The translations under genes and the position numbers were made by a program. A stretch of DNA of 64,000 nt, taken from NCBI GenBank assembly GCA_963706955.1, contig CAVPOC010000003.1, forward strand, positions 224,001-288,000. The letters run 5' to 3'. Positions 20,936 to 30,877 of the stretch are shown piece by piece. Below the pieces are notes generated by a model that ran no database searches, had not been told where the DNA came from, and was given only the letters and a program-made list of their open reading frames with translations. The DNA comes from an uncultured Verrucomicrobiae bacterium (GTDB taxonomy: Bacteria > Verrucomicrobiota > Verrucomicrobiia > Chthoniobacterales > Terrimicrobiaceae). Numbering within the stretch: position 1 is the stretch's first letter; the number at the start of each line of letters is the position of its first letter.

Positions 20936-21750
20936 CAGATATTTTGTGCTTCGGAGATCATCACTTTGAAACGATCCAGAATTGTTTGCACGCCCATGAT
21001 GTGTGCCTCCACCTGCGTATCGAAGGCCGCGTGGTGTGGGGTCTCAAAAACAATCTCGAAGGGCCTTGGTTTCTGCTCGGGAGGAGCTGAGAGGATACCG
21101 TCGTAGCCCTGCTCGATGATTCCATTGTTCGCCTCGAAATTGTCGATGCTCTTATCAAAGTTGCGTCGGAGGATCTGCCCGGCGGCCTCGAGCGCCGGTT
21201 CGAGGACATGCCGGGTCAATTCATGTCCTTTGACGAATCCGTAGAGTCCTTCGCTCGTATCATCACTGTGCAGGGCGATGATCCCGTTGAAGTCGAGGTT
21301 GCGAAGCTGTCGCTCGAGAATCTCAACTTCCGGCTCGCTCGAGCCAGTCCAAAAGAGACGGTTCAAGTCGAGACCGCTCCGCGTCCAGCGCGATCCTTCG
21401 ACGTAAGCCCAAGGATTGCAAACTGGGTAGACGAAGAGCTCGTAGCCGCGTGCTCTCTCGGGATCGGCATGCAAACGTTCCAGCAGTTGGACCGCGGCGT
21501 GAATTCCGCTCTCTTCGTCGCCGTGCACCCCGGCGAACACTCCCACTCGCAAGTAGCTTCGCTTTTCGCCTGGACCGGCGAAAAGATAACGTGGGAGACC
21601 CTGGGCGATATTGAGAGAATCTCCATAGGCCAGGTGTGCCGCAAAGAGGTAGTTGGATCCTCGCGCCAGTTCATCGAGCGGACGCAAAAGCGCTCGCAGC
21701 GATCGACGCTGCTTGATGGAAGGACGGAATGTCGACACGTGAATCGCCAT
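20935..21750 (-). CDS. M14-like metallopeptidase / succinylglutamate desuccinylase-aspartoacylase family
   Basis: AGVHGDE, PVCNPW, DLNR, ALHSD, FETP motifs. Confidence 0.85.
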   Translation of the reverse strand: MAIHVSTFRPSIKQRRSLRALLRPLDELARGSNYLFAAHLAYGDSLNIAQGLPRYLFAGPGEKRSYLRVGVFAGVHGDEESGIHAAVQLLERLHADPERARGYELFVYPVCNPWAYVEGSRWTRSGLDLNRLFWTGSSEPEVEILERQLRNLDFNGIIALHSDDTSEGLYGFVKGHELTRHVLEPALEAAGQILRRNFDKSIDNFEANNGIIEQGYDGILSAPPEQKPRPFEIVFETPHHAAFDTQVEAHIMGVQTILDRFKVMISEAQNI

Positions 21751-21751
21751 C

Positions 21752-22735
21752 TTATTTGGCCTGATAAATCTGATCGAAAAATCCGCCATCCGCGAAGTGC
21801 ACCTTTTGTGCCGCTTCCCACCCGCCGAAAACCTCATCCACGCTCACCAGCTTGATCTCCGGAAAAAGCTCAGCAGTCTCGGCGAGCAGCTTCTCGGATC
21901 GCGGCCGGAAATACGAGTGCACAGCCAGTTTCTGCCCGGCGTCCGACCAGAGATATTCGAGATAGTCGGTGGCCAATTGACGCGTACCGCGTCGGTCGAC
22001 GACTTTATCGACGACGCTGACAGGGGCTTCGGCCAGAATGCTCACCGGCGGATAGATGACGTCAAATTTGTCGGGACTGAAAACCTTGGTGATCTGGAGC
22101 ACTTCGCTTTCAAAGGTGAGCAAGACATCGCCGATTTCCTTTTGCACGAAGGTGTTCGTGGCGGCGCGCCCTCCTGTCTCGAGGACCGGAACGTTTCGAA
22201 AGAGCGCTCTGACGAATTGTTCGGCCGCGGCGCCTCCGCCACCTGGACGCAATTTCGCATACGCCCAAGCCGCCAAATAACTATATCGGCCGTTCCCTGA
22301 CGTCTTCGGATTTGGAACAATTACGGAAACCCCCGGGGCGACCAGATCACCCCAGTCTCTGATGCCTTTCGGGTTTCCCTTGCGAACCAGGAAAACGATC
22401 GTCGAAGTGTATGGAGCCGAGTTGTTCGGCAAGCGGGACTTCCAATCCCTGTCGATCAATCCGGCTTGGACGATGGCATCAATGTCCGTTTCCTGGTTCA
22501 TCGTGACCACATCGGCTTCCAATCCATCGATGACGGCGCGGGCTTGTTTGCTCGACCCGCCATTGGAGAGGTCGACCGTCGGGGTAATCCCGTGTTTGAC
22601 TTGGTAGGCGAGCGCGAAGATTTCGTTATATTGCTGGTAGAATTCCCGCGTCACGTCGTAGGAGACGTTCAGAATATTGGAAGGCGCGGCGACCGCAGAG
22701 GCCGCCAGAACAAGGCTAAGCAGCCAATACTTCAT
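21752..22735 (-). CDS. sbp: Sulfate/thiosulfate-binding periplasmic protein
   Basis: [41 protein letters not shown]. Confidence 0.9.
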   Translation of the reverse strand: MKYWLLSLVLAASAVAAPSNILNVSYDVTREFYQQYNEIFALAYQVKHGITPTVDLSNGGSSKQARAVIDGLEADVVTMNQETDIDAIVQAGLIDRDWKSRLPNNSAPYTSTIVFLVRKGNPKGIRDWGDLVAPGVSVIVPNPKTSGNGRYSYLAAWAYAKLRPGGGGAAAEQFVRALFRNVPVLETGGRAATNTFVQKEIGDVLLTFESEVLQITKVFSPDKFDVIYPPVSILAEAPVSVVDKVVDRRGTRQLATDYLEYLWSDAGQKLAVHSYFRPRSEKLLAETAELFPEIKLVSVDEVFGGWEAAQKVHFADGGFFDQIYQAK

Positions 22736-23586
22736 GTGCCCTTCTCAATCGGCACACGCACGGAGTTTCCCCACTCCGTCCAAGAGCCGTCATAGTTCTT
22801 CACCGCCGGAAATCCCAGAAGGTAGGTCAGCACAAACCAGGTATGGCTCGAGCGCTCGCCAATCCTGCAATACACGATCGTCTCGTCGGCAGGATTTATG
22901 CCCAAATTTTCAATGTAAATTTTACGAAGTTCATCGGCCGACTTGAAAGTGCCGTCGTCGTTGGCGGCGGTCTTCCAGGGAATGCTGCGCGCTCCCGGAA
23001 TATGCCCTCCGCGCAGCACACCCTCCTGCGGGTATTCGGGCATGTGAGTGATCTCCCCTTTGAACTCGCCCGGTGAGCGTACATCGATGAGCGGCCTCCG
23101 CGCTTGGCTCTGCGCCAGCGCGTCTTCTTTGAAAGCGCGAATCTTGCTATCCAGCCGCGCCGCGGGCACCGGGTAGACACTCTCTGCGAATTTCGGAATT
23201 TCTCGCGTGTAAGGGCGACCTTCAGCTTCCCATTTCGACCGGCCGCCGTTGAGCAGCTTGACCTTTTCGTGCCCGAAAAGTCGAAAGACCCAGAGCGCGT
23301 AGGCCGCCCACCAGTTGGCTTTGTCGCCGTAGAAAATTACGGTTGTCTCGGGCGAAATGCCGTGGCGCGAAGCCAGTTTGGCAAAGGCTTCCGGGGTAAT
23401 ATAATCCCGCTGCACGGGGTCATTTAGATCCGCACGCCAATCGATATGAATCGCATTCGAGATGTGGCCGGTCCCATAGAGGAGAATATCTTCGTTGCTT
23501 TCCACGATCCGAATGTCGGGATCATTGAGGTGCTCGGCAAGCCAGGAGGTCTCGACCAGACTGTCGGGAGTTGTGTAGGTGCTCAT
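22732..23586 (-). CDS. Two-domain sulfurtransferase (rhodanese, SseA/CysA3-like)
   Basis: [15 protein letters not shown] active site, [10 protein letters not shown]. Confidence 0.93.
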   Translation of the reverse strand: MSTYTTPDSLVETSWLAEHLNDPDIRIVESNEDILLYGTGHISNAIHIDWRADLNDPVQRDYITPEAFAKLASRHGISPETTVIFYGDKANWWAAYALWVFRLFGHEKVKLLNGGRSKWEAEGRPYTREIPKFAESVYPVPAARLDSKIRAFKEDALAQSQARRPLIDVRSPGEFKGEITHMPEYPQEGVLRGGHIPGARSIPWKTAANDDGTFKSADELRKIYIENLGINPADETIVYCRIGERSSHTWFVLTYLLGFPAVKNYDGSWTEWGNSVRVPIEKGT

Positions 23587-23593
23587 ATTATTC

Positions 23594-23621
23594 TAAGTTT
23601 TAAGTCTTAAGTCTTAGGTTT
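23594..23621. repeat. Short heptamer tandem repeat (TAAGTCT-like x4)
   Basis: taagttt-taagtct-taagtct-taggttt in an AT-rich intergenic spacer. Confidence 0.5.
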
Positions 23622-23670
23622 AAAGCGAGGTCTAGAATACTAAGCTTTAGCTGTGTTCAGAGCGTAGCTG

Positions 23671-24669
23671 CTACTTGTTGGCGGTGGCTCCGCTGTAGAT
23701 TTGGTCGAAGGAGCCTCCGTCGACAAAGTGCTCCTTGGTGGCCTTGGTCCAACCGCCAAAGACGTCATTGATGGTGAAAAGCTCGAGCTTTGGATATTGG
23801 CTCGCGTTTTTGGCAAGGATGTCGTTGTTGCTTGGACGAAAGAAATGCTTGGCGGCAATTTCCTGTCCGGTGTCGCTATAGAGGAAAGTCAAGTACTCCG
23901 TGGCCACTTCGCGCGTGCCGCGCTTCTCGACGACCTTGTCGACCACCGTGACAGTCGGTTCGGCGAGGATGCTGATCGAGGGCACGACGATTTCAAAGTC
24001 GTCGCCACGGAGTTTCTTGACCAACAACAACTCGTTTTCCCAGTTGATGAGAACGTCGCCCAACCCCCGCTCCACAAAGGTGGTCGTCGCACCGCGTGCG
24101 CCGGAATCCAGCACGGGAACGTGCTTGAACAACTCACTAATGAACTCCTTTGCTTTTTCTTGAGAGCCATATTTTTTCAAAGCAAACCCCCAGCCGGCCA
24201 AATAATTCCAGCGGGCGACTCCTGAGGTCTTCGGATTAGGCGTGATCACTTCCACACCTGGCTTGATCAAATCTTCCCAATCCTTGATCCCCTTGGGATT
24301 GCCCTTGCGCACCAGGAACGCCAGGGTCGACTGATACGGAGCGCTATTGTGCGGCAATCGCTCCTGCCAGTCCTGCGGCACCAGTTTGCCGTTTTCATAA
24401 AGCGCATCAACGTCTGCCGCCAACGCCAGCGTCACCACGTCGGCTTCCAAGCCGTCGATGACCGCCCGAGCCTGCTTGCTCGAGCCGCCATGGGATTGAT
24501 TGATCGTCACCGTATCCCCGCTCTTCTCCTTCCAGTGTTTCGCAAACGCCTCGTTGTAATCCGCGTAAAACTCCCGCGTCGGATCATACGACACGTTCAG
24601 CAAGGTGGTCTCGCCAGCCTGCACTACCCCCACGAAAACCACCGACACCCACACCCAAAACAGTTTCAT
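23671..24669 (-). CDS. sbp: Sulfate-binding periplasmic protein (second paralog)
   Basis: [48 protein letters not shown]. Confidence 0.93.
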   Translation of the reverse strand: MKLFWVWVSVVFVGVVQAGETTLLNVSYDPTREFYADYNEAFAKHWKEKSGDTVTINQSHGGSSKQARAVIDGLEADVVTLALAADVDALYENGKLVPQDWQERLPHNSAPYQSTLAFLVRKGNPKGIKDWEDLIKPGVEVITPNPKTSGVARWNYLAGWGFALKKYGSQEKAKEFISELFKHVPVLDSGARGATTTFVERGLGDVLINWENELLLVKKLRGDDFEIVVPSISILAEPTVTVVDKVVEKRGTREVATEYLTFLYSDTGQEIAAKHFFRPSNNDILAKNASQYPKLELFTINDVFGGWTKATKEHFVDGGSFDQIYSGATANK

Positions 24670-24676
24670 CCGCGCC

Positions 24677-24704
24677 ACCATATAAGCCGACTTGCGGGCG
24701 TCAA
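24677..24704 (-). promoter_or_regulatory. Putative sigma70-type promoter for sbp (possibly leaderless)
   Basis: Minus strand TTGACG-N16-TATGGT-N7-ATG. Confidence 0.45.
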
Positions 24705-24711
24705 CCAGAAA

Positions 24712-24734
24712 AACGACTAAACTTGTCGTTATTC
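24712..24734 (-). promoter_or_regulatory. Candidate Rrf2 operator (copy 2), perfect palindrome
   Basis: AACGAC-taaactt-GTCGTT-ATTC upstream of the sbp-cys operon. Confidence 0.65.
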
Positions 24735-25020
24735 CAAGAAGGCACTCTCAGTGGGCCTAATTCCCAACGTGTTTTTTGGCCATGGGTGCCTGACACCGCG
24801 AGGTGCTTGACTAGGGAGAAGGGGTTTTGGATTACTGCCTAGCTGTCGTCCAGTTGGGATGCTTGAGACCTTCCTGCGTGATTGACCGCAAAAATCGCTA
24901 GTTGCCGCGCTTTGAGCACGTTGAGCCAACTCGCCAGTCAGGACAACCAGATGTTCGCTGAGGGCTTTCCGAATGCGAGAGGGGCCTGAGGCGTATGCGG
25001 AAATTCTTTTTATGGCAGGG

Positions 25021-25660
25021 CTACAAGCGGGAATTGATTTCCGAGCGAAGCGAAGACATTGAAAGTGCGAGGACGAGCAGCGATATGGCGATGATCCAGG
25101 AGCCGAGGACGCGCACGCCTATCCTTACCCAACGAGCTCGCATCGCCAGAGAGGTGTAATAGGCGACGTCGAAAAGTAGAAAAATAACCATCCCCCAGGT
25201 TCCAAGCAACGCCTGGACAAGAAGCCCAGGTGAACCCGCTTCCGGGTTTGAATCAAGCCCGATGGCGAGCGCCGCGGCGAGAAAAAGCAGGCGAGAGGCG
25301 AAACGGGGGATCGACTTCTCCATCGCTACAGGTATGGCGGCACAAAGAGCCAGGGCTATGAGGATCGGCTGATAGACCATGGTGATTTGTCCAGTCGAGG
25401 TGAGAAGGAGGGCAAAGGTCAAACCGGGGACGAAAACCGCGAAGGGTGTCTTTCAAGTCCAAGGGTAATTGTTGTCCAACGAGGAGCCCCAACGCGAGGA
25501 GGACGAGCAGATGAGCAGGAGTTGTCAGAGGGTGCAGGATTCCCGCCGCCAGTCCTTCCAGGCCTTTGATGGGCGTATGAGCGTTAACCGTGGCCGGAAA
25601 GCAGAGAACCAACAACAGGGTGCTTGGCAGCACACTGCCGCGCGACCGGCCGCGCGGCAT
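25021..25660 (-). CDS. HupE/UreJ family membrane protein (split by +1 frameshift near 25450)
   Basis: AH...G..HP....AHLL motif; DLK-(extra base)-TPFAVF joins the two ORFs; C-terminal RVLGSWI. Confidence 0.78.
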
Positions 25661-25662
25661 CC

Positions 25663-26339
25663 TTAGAAGACGTTGAGAAGAAACCCGAGGCCACCGCAGC
25701 GGTAACCGCTCCTCCGGTTCTCACGGCGAGCTTGCCCCAAGGCCAGCGTGCGAGCAGGCCGATCGCAATTCCACTGAGGTGCAGCAAGCCGGTCGCGATG
25801 ACGAAGCCCGCCGCATAAGTTATCACACTCGCTGCCTCGGGAAGTTCCGTCCCGTGCGCATGGCCGTGAAAAATAGCGAAGATTCCTACGATAGCGCCGG
25901 CGATTTTCAGAGGGGGCTTTGCGGCAAAAGCCACCATCAAGCCCAGGATCACGCCCGAAAGTGCGATTCCCGTTTCAACCCCCGGCATAGGAACGCCGAG
26001 CACGCCGAGAACTCCTCCTACCGCCATGACGAGCGGAAAGACAACCGGCAAAATCCAGATCGCGGGAGCGCCCAAGAACGCTCCCCACAATCCCACTGCC
26101 ACCATGGCGACCACATGATCCAATCCAGTCAAGGGATGCGCAAAACCACTAAGAAATCCTCCAATGGCACCACCTCCGGTATGTGCGTTCGCTGTTGCCG
26201 CAGATAGGGCGAGCAGTAGACAGAGGAGAATCGAGGTTGCCGGTCGAGAGTCGTTAGCTTTTCCGGAATTTTTTTCCTGCGAGAATTGCGTTTGAGCAGC
26301 CACGGATACGACGCTATGTGCGCGGTTTTCTCGAGTCAA
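25663..26339 (-). CDS. HupE/UreJ family nickel/cobalt transporter
   Basis: AHTG, GFAHPLTGLDHVVAMVAVGLW, FHGHAHGTE, TGLLHLSG; probable 1-nt error near the 3' end; start uncertain. Confidence 0.88.
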
Positions 26340-26829
26340 TTGTTTAGAGGGTTGCTTACGAGATCTGGCTGCCGGCTCGTGCGCAAAATCGCCTTGCCGC
26401 CATACAAATAGGACAAAGATGATGCTTTGCTTTCTTAAGAAGCGGTCTGTCGTGCAAATTGCTGGAGAGGGAGGAAGCCTTCCGTCAATGAGCGGCCGAA
26501 ATAGAAGTGCATCGCGGTGATGGGTCAGGCCTTAGTCCGACCCAAGCTCGAGCTTGCCGAGACCAGAGGGGTGCACTAAGCATACGGGATCGCGGACAAT
26601 TGCTTATGGTCGATGCGAAAAGACTTTCGTATATGCGCGCCGAGGTTAAGCGAGATGATTGGGAGGATGCCGTGGGCGAGAACGACCCAAGGGTGCCAAT
26701 GTCAGGAAGGAGCGGATTCAGGAGAAAACGGCAGCCAAATCGATGCCGCGCTCTCCCGAAACGTTCCGATGACGAACACTTCTCCGCGCGGACGCTGCTG
26801 CGGAACCTTGGAGTTTTTTCAGAGATAAG

Positions 26830-27600
26830 TCAGTTGAACGTTCCGAGACCCCAGCGGCGGCGGAGGAAATTTTCCCAAGGGGAGAAGAGGATGCGATCGG
26901 CGACCAGGCCGATGACGACGATGACGATCATGATGGCGACGACCTGGTCCATGGCATGAAGTTCGCGCCCATAGTGGAGGAGCTGACCGAGACCAAAGCC
27001 GGTGAGGATGGTGACGAAGATTTCCGCAGCCATGAGCGAGCGCCAGGCGAAGGCCCAGCCTTGTTTCATGCCGCCGACGAGGTAAGGCAGCGACGCCGGC
27101 AGGATGACTTTTATCCAGGTATGCAAGCCTTTGGAGCCCATGGTGCGAGCGGCGCGAAGATACGTGGGCGGCATCGTGCGGACCCCGTTTTCGGTTGCGA
27201 TGATGACGGACCAAAGGGTGCCCATCACGACGATGAAAAGCATGGCTGCTTCCGTTTGACCGAACCAGAGGAGGGCAAGCGGAACCCAGCAGACACTCGG
27301 AAGCGTTTGGACTCCAAGAGCCAGTAGGCCAATCGTGTCCTGGAAAATCTTTAGACGGGCGGTGAGCAGCCCAAGAGGCACACCGAAGAGTATTCCAATG
27401 AGGTATCCGACGATGAGGCGGCGCATCGTGACGAACGTGGCCGTCAAAAGCGTGCCATCTTGGGCGGACTGCCAGAGATACTCACCGACGAAGAGGGGCG
27501 AGGGCAGAAGAACGGGCGAATACCAACCGGTGCGTGAAAGCGCCTCCCAGAGGACGATGAGCAAGACAAAGAATAGCATCGAGGTGGCGGCACGTTTCAC
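26830..27600 (-). CDS. Sulfonate-type ABC permease (SsuC-like)
   Basis: QTLPSVCWVP, AARTMG, WAFAWRSLMAAE. Confidence 0.9.
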   Translation of the reverse strand: MKRAATSMLFFVLLIVLWEALSRTGWYSPVLLPSPLFVGEYLWQSAQDGTLLTATFVTMRRLIVGYLIGILFGVPLGLLTARLKIFQDTIGLLALGVQTLPSVCWVPLALLWFGQTEAAMLFIVVMGTLWSVIIATENGVRTMPPTYLRAARTMGSKGLHTWIKVILPASLPYLVGGMKQGWAFAWRSLMAAEIFVTILTGFGLGQLLHYGRELHAMDQVVAIMIVIVVIGLVADRILFSPWENFLRRRWGLGTFN

Positions 27601-28403
27601 TCGGCCACCTCCTCTCCCTCAGTGAAGCCCTTAAGAGCTGCAGTGATTTCGCTGGAGTATTGGGCGAGCCCTACGCTGTTGATATCGCGTGGGCGCTCAA
27701 GGGTGATCTCGAACTCGCGGCGGATGCGCCCGGGATTTGGGGAGAAGAGCAACACACGATCTCCCAGGCAGGCAGCTTCTCGCACGTTGTGGGTAACGAA
27801 GATGATCGTCTTCCGGCGGGCTTCCCAGATGCGCTGAATATCTCCATAGAGCTGTTCGCGAGTAAGGGCATCGAGAGCGCCGAAAGGCTCGTCCATGAGC
27901 AGGACGCGAGGATTCGGCGCCAGGGCCCGCGCGAGGGCCACACGTTGTTTCATGCCACCGGAAAGCTCATGAATATTGGAATGGGTGAAGCGCTCAAGGC
28001 CAACGAGCTTGAGATAGTAGCTGGCCACTTCGAGGCGTTCCTGAGAATTGAGCCCCGGCTTAAGATTCAGCCCGAAGAGCACATTGCCCATCACGTCGAG
28101 CCAGGGAAAGAGAGCGTGCTCTTGAAACATCATCATGCGATCGCGGCCCGGCTCGACGATCGGCACCCCGCTGGCCAGGACCCTGCCGTGATCCGGCTCC
28201 TCCAGACCCGCGATGATGTTGAGGAGCGTCGATTTGCCGCACCCGCTCTTCCCAACCAAACAGACGAACTCACCTTCGGAGACGCGCAGACTGATATTCT
28301 CCAGTGCCGCCAGGGTGCCGCGTTTGGTCGTAAAGCTTTTGCTAACGTCGAGGACTTCGATGCGGTCCGGCTCGACGTTGGCAAGTTCCTGTTCGAGGCT
28401 CAT
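27597..28403 (-). CDS. Sulfonate-type ABC ATPase (SsuB-like)
   Basis: [27 protein letters not shown]. Confidence 0.92.
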   Translation of the reverse strand: MSLEQELANVEPDRIEVLDVSKSFTTKRGTLAALENISLRVSEGEFVCLVGKSGCGKSTLLNIIAGLEEPDHGRVLASGVPIVEPGRDRMMMFQEHALFPWLDVMGNVLFGLNLKPGLNSQERLEVASYYLKLVGLERFTHSNIHELSGGMKQRVALARALAPNPRVLLMDEPFGALDALTREQLYGDIQRIWEARRKTIIFVTHNVREAACLGDRVLLFSPNPGRIRREFEITLERPRDINSVGLAQYSSEITAALKGFTEGEEVAE

Positions 28404-29348
28404 GGCGGATTCCAGACGATGTTGGAAAGGTCGATCTTCGCGCGCAGGAAACCAACCAAGCGAGCCTGATCCAGAAAGGTTTGAAACGGCTCGGCGGAGA
28501 TCGTGTCGTCGAAGCGGAGACGCGTCCAGGCCTGCTGAACCAGGGCGAGCGAGATTTCCTTACGTGTGAGGGCAGAGAGTTCATCGCGGACACGGCGTTG
28601 CGCCTCCTCGGGGTGGTCGCGAATCCAGCGTGTGAGCTCCTGGTGGGCCGCCACCAACTTCCGAGCCACCTCGGGACTTCTCGTCAGGAAGTCTTCACGC
28701 GCCGCCAGCACTGTTGTCACGGTGCTTTCTGGCTCGAGAAAGATGCGTCCGCCGGCTTCGCTCGAGAAGTCTGCTGACCCACGGCTCAACCGTCCAAGCG
28801 GCATCCAATTTTCCTTGTTGAAAGAGCAAGAGAATGTCTGGATTGGCCGTCGGGAGGACGCGCGCGTCGCCGCCGACCAGGGTGACGCGGATCCCATTGT
28901 TGATCAGCCAGGCTCGGCACTCGACATCCTGGGTATTGCCCAATTGAGGTGTGGCAATCGTCTTGTCACGAAAGTCCTCGACCTTCGTGATGGTGTCTCC
29001 GCGGACGACCAGCGCCTCGCCGCCTCGCATCGCCCCTGCCACGACCCGTATGTCCCGACCGTTGGCCCGGGCATACGCGTTGACCGTAGGGCTTGGCCCC
29101 ACGTAAGTGAAATCGATCGAGCGGGCAAAAATCGCCTCCATTGCCGACGGCCCAGCGTTGAAGACGAACCATTCAATCGGCAGGCCGACCCGTTCCTCAA
29201 ACCAGCCCCGCCCCTCTCTGCTAAAACTTTTTGCCACGAGCGCATGGGCATGCGTGACGTTAGGAAAAAGCCCAATCCGCAAGCTCTCCGCGGCCGGCGC
29301 GAATGACGACACGGCCAACAGAATCGCCAGGCATACGACGGCTTTCAT
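28400..29348 (-). CDS. Aliphatic-sulfonate-type substrate-binding protein (SsuA-like), split by +1 frameshift near 28761
   Basis: FPNVTHAHAL, FNAGPSAMEA, ATPQLGNTQD, EPWVSRL-(extra base)-EAGG. Confidence 0.85.
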
Positions 29349-29398
29349 TCATCCATCTTGCCCGCTTGAAAAAGGAGAGCAAGGATCGCTTCCGGTCT

Positions 29399-29863
29399 CT
29401 AAATGCCCTCTCCGTAGATGCCTTGAATCGCCGCAACTTCCGAGTCGGTCACCGGATTGCCGCGCATGACATCGGCCAGGCTGGAGCGATCCATCAACAC
29501 GGCCACCATGTTACGTGCTTGCAGCAACACGCGGCGAAATCGGCAGACGGGCTCCTGGGAACAACGCTTATAGTCGCTGACCGAAACACACGCAATTGGC
29601 GCAAGATAGCCATCGAAGTGGCGGACAACCTCGCCCATCGTAATCTTTCCCGGATTTTTGGCGAGGAGATAACCACCGCGCTTCCCAGCAACGCTATCAA
29701 CCCAGCCGCGCTCCTTCAGGTCTAGCATGATGTGTTCGAGAAAGCGCTTCGGGATATCATTGCGCCTCGCCAGCTCCATGATCGGAATGGGGGGTCCGCC
29801 GTGGTTCTCGACCAGGGTAAAAAGCGCCCGAAGCGCATAGTCGGTTCGCATCGACAACTGCAT
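29399..29863 (-). CDS. Rrf2 family transcriptional regulator with three C-terminal Cys
   Basis: TDYALRAL, FLEHIM, G.RGGYLL, ACVS....RC....C. Confidence 0.93.
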   Translation of the reverse strand: MQLSMRTDYALRALFTLVENHGGPPIPIMELARRNDIPKRFLEHIMLDLKERGWVDSVAGKRGGYLLAKNPGKITMGEVVRHFDGYLAPIACVSVSDYKRCSQEPVCRFRRVLLQARNMVAVLMDRSSLADVMRGNPVTDSEVAAIQGIYGEGI

Positions 29864-29869
29864 CGAAAG

Positions 29870-29898
29870 CACGATAAAGGAAATCGTCATTCAGTCAA
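29870..29898 (-). promoter_or_regulatory. Rrf2 promoter with overlapping candidate operator (copy 3)
   Basis: Minus strand TTGACT-N16-TATCGT-N7-ATG; the palindrome ACGAT-N7-ATCGT overlaps the spacer and -10. Confidence 0.6.
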
Positions 29899-30054
29899 AG
29901 CAGAGAAGCGCCTGCGCTTCGAGCCTTCAGCGCTGCGTCTGTTTTGGATGCATGATATCTGGGACGGTTCTCGGGGCTATCTGAGGCGCGCCACTGGCGC
30001 TTACCTCTCAGCTGCGACAAAAGGAGGCTGCGCTGCGAGCGCATTGGTATTTGT

Positions 30055-30134
30055 GGGGCGGACGCGTCATGCGGCCATTCCGGCGTCTCGCCGGATGGGC
30101 GAGACGCCGAACACCACACGCGGGCGCGTGCTCC
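30055..30134. repeat. Free degenerate copy of the recG-RAYT flanking palindrome (REPIN-like)
   Basis: ggggcggacgcgtc...ttccggcgtctcgccgga-tg-ggcgagacgccga..cacacgcgggcgcgtgctcc aligns to 45854-45948. Confidence 0.8.
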
Positions 30135-30184
30135 GGGCTGGCAATCGCTGCCCACCTAGGCGCAGTGGCCACGCCGCCACGAGG

Positions 30185-30800
30185 CTAGTCCCCGACTGTG
30201 ACTGGAGTTCCGATCCTGACGCGGTCGTAAAAAAGTCTGGCGATCTCCTCGGGCAGGCGAATGCAACCATGCGAAGCGGGATAACCCGGCAAGATGCCGG
30301 TATGCATCCCCACTCCACTGGGACTAAGCCGCATAAACCAGCGCATAGGCGCGCCGCGATAAACAGTTCCGCTGGGCGCCGAGTCGATGCGCGTGCTGAT
30401 GCCTGCGCGCACGACTCTGCCGGTGCGCGGGTTGACAAAATCTCCGTAGATGTTGGACCGATGGTCGGCATCCTTTTCCAGGATCCTGTAGTTGCCAGGC
30501 GGAGTCATTCCCGCTCGTTTGCCGGAGGAGATCGGAGAATCAACGGCGATCTCCTCGTAAACCCGGAAGTAAGCGCGTTGCTTACCCAGCGAGATATAGA
30601 TCGAGACGTTGTCCGGAGTCGCCCGCTCAAGGACTCGCGGGATGACCATCGGTGGTTCCTGTTTGCGAATGAGCTCGGCAGCTCGCTTCTGCTTTTTTCG
30701 GGAAACCGAAGGGAATCTGTTGAGCAAGAACACTGCAGACCAGTAACCCCATGGCCGACGCGAACAGCACCACGAGCACGCCAAGCTTGAGTCCGCGCAT
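30185..30800 (-). CDS. L,D-transpeptidase (YkuD) family, frameshift in a homopolymer near 30695
   Basis: SPISSG, H.G.LPGYPASHGCIRL; the signal peptide MRGLKLG... lies in an adjacent frame joined at an A6 run. Confidence 0.85.
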
Positions 30801-30877
30801 AGGAAGAGCCGTGGTCATTCTATTTCCCGAGTGGACATCCGCTTAATCGCTGAGATGATTTTTCGCAACGAGATTCC

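Noticed and set aside
26340..26829. Possible cobalamin or nickel riboswitch, or small ORF, upstream of the HupE/UreJ genes
   Set aside because: No B12-box or other conserved riboswitch motif recognised; the short ORFs have no protein-like features.
29732..30790. 352-aa plus-strand ORF and similar long antisense ORFs (e.g. 39064-39957, 51213-52277)
   Set aside because: Shadow ORFs opposite well-supported genes in GC-rich DNA; no recognisable motifs.
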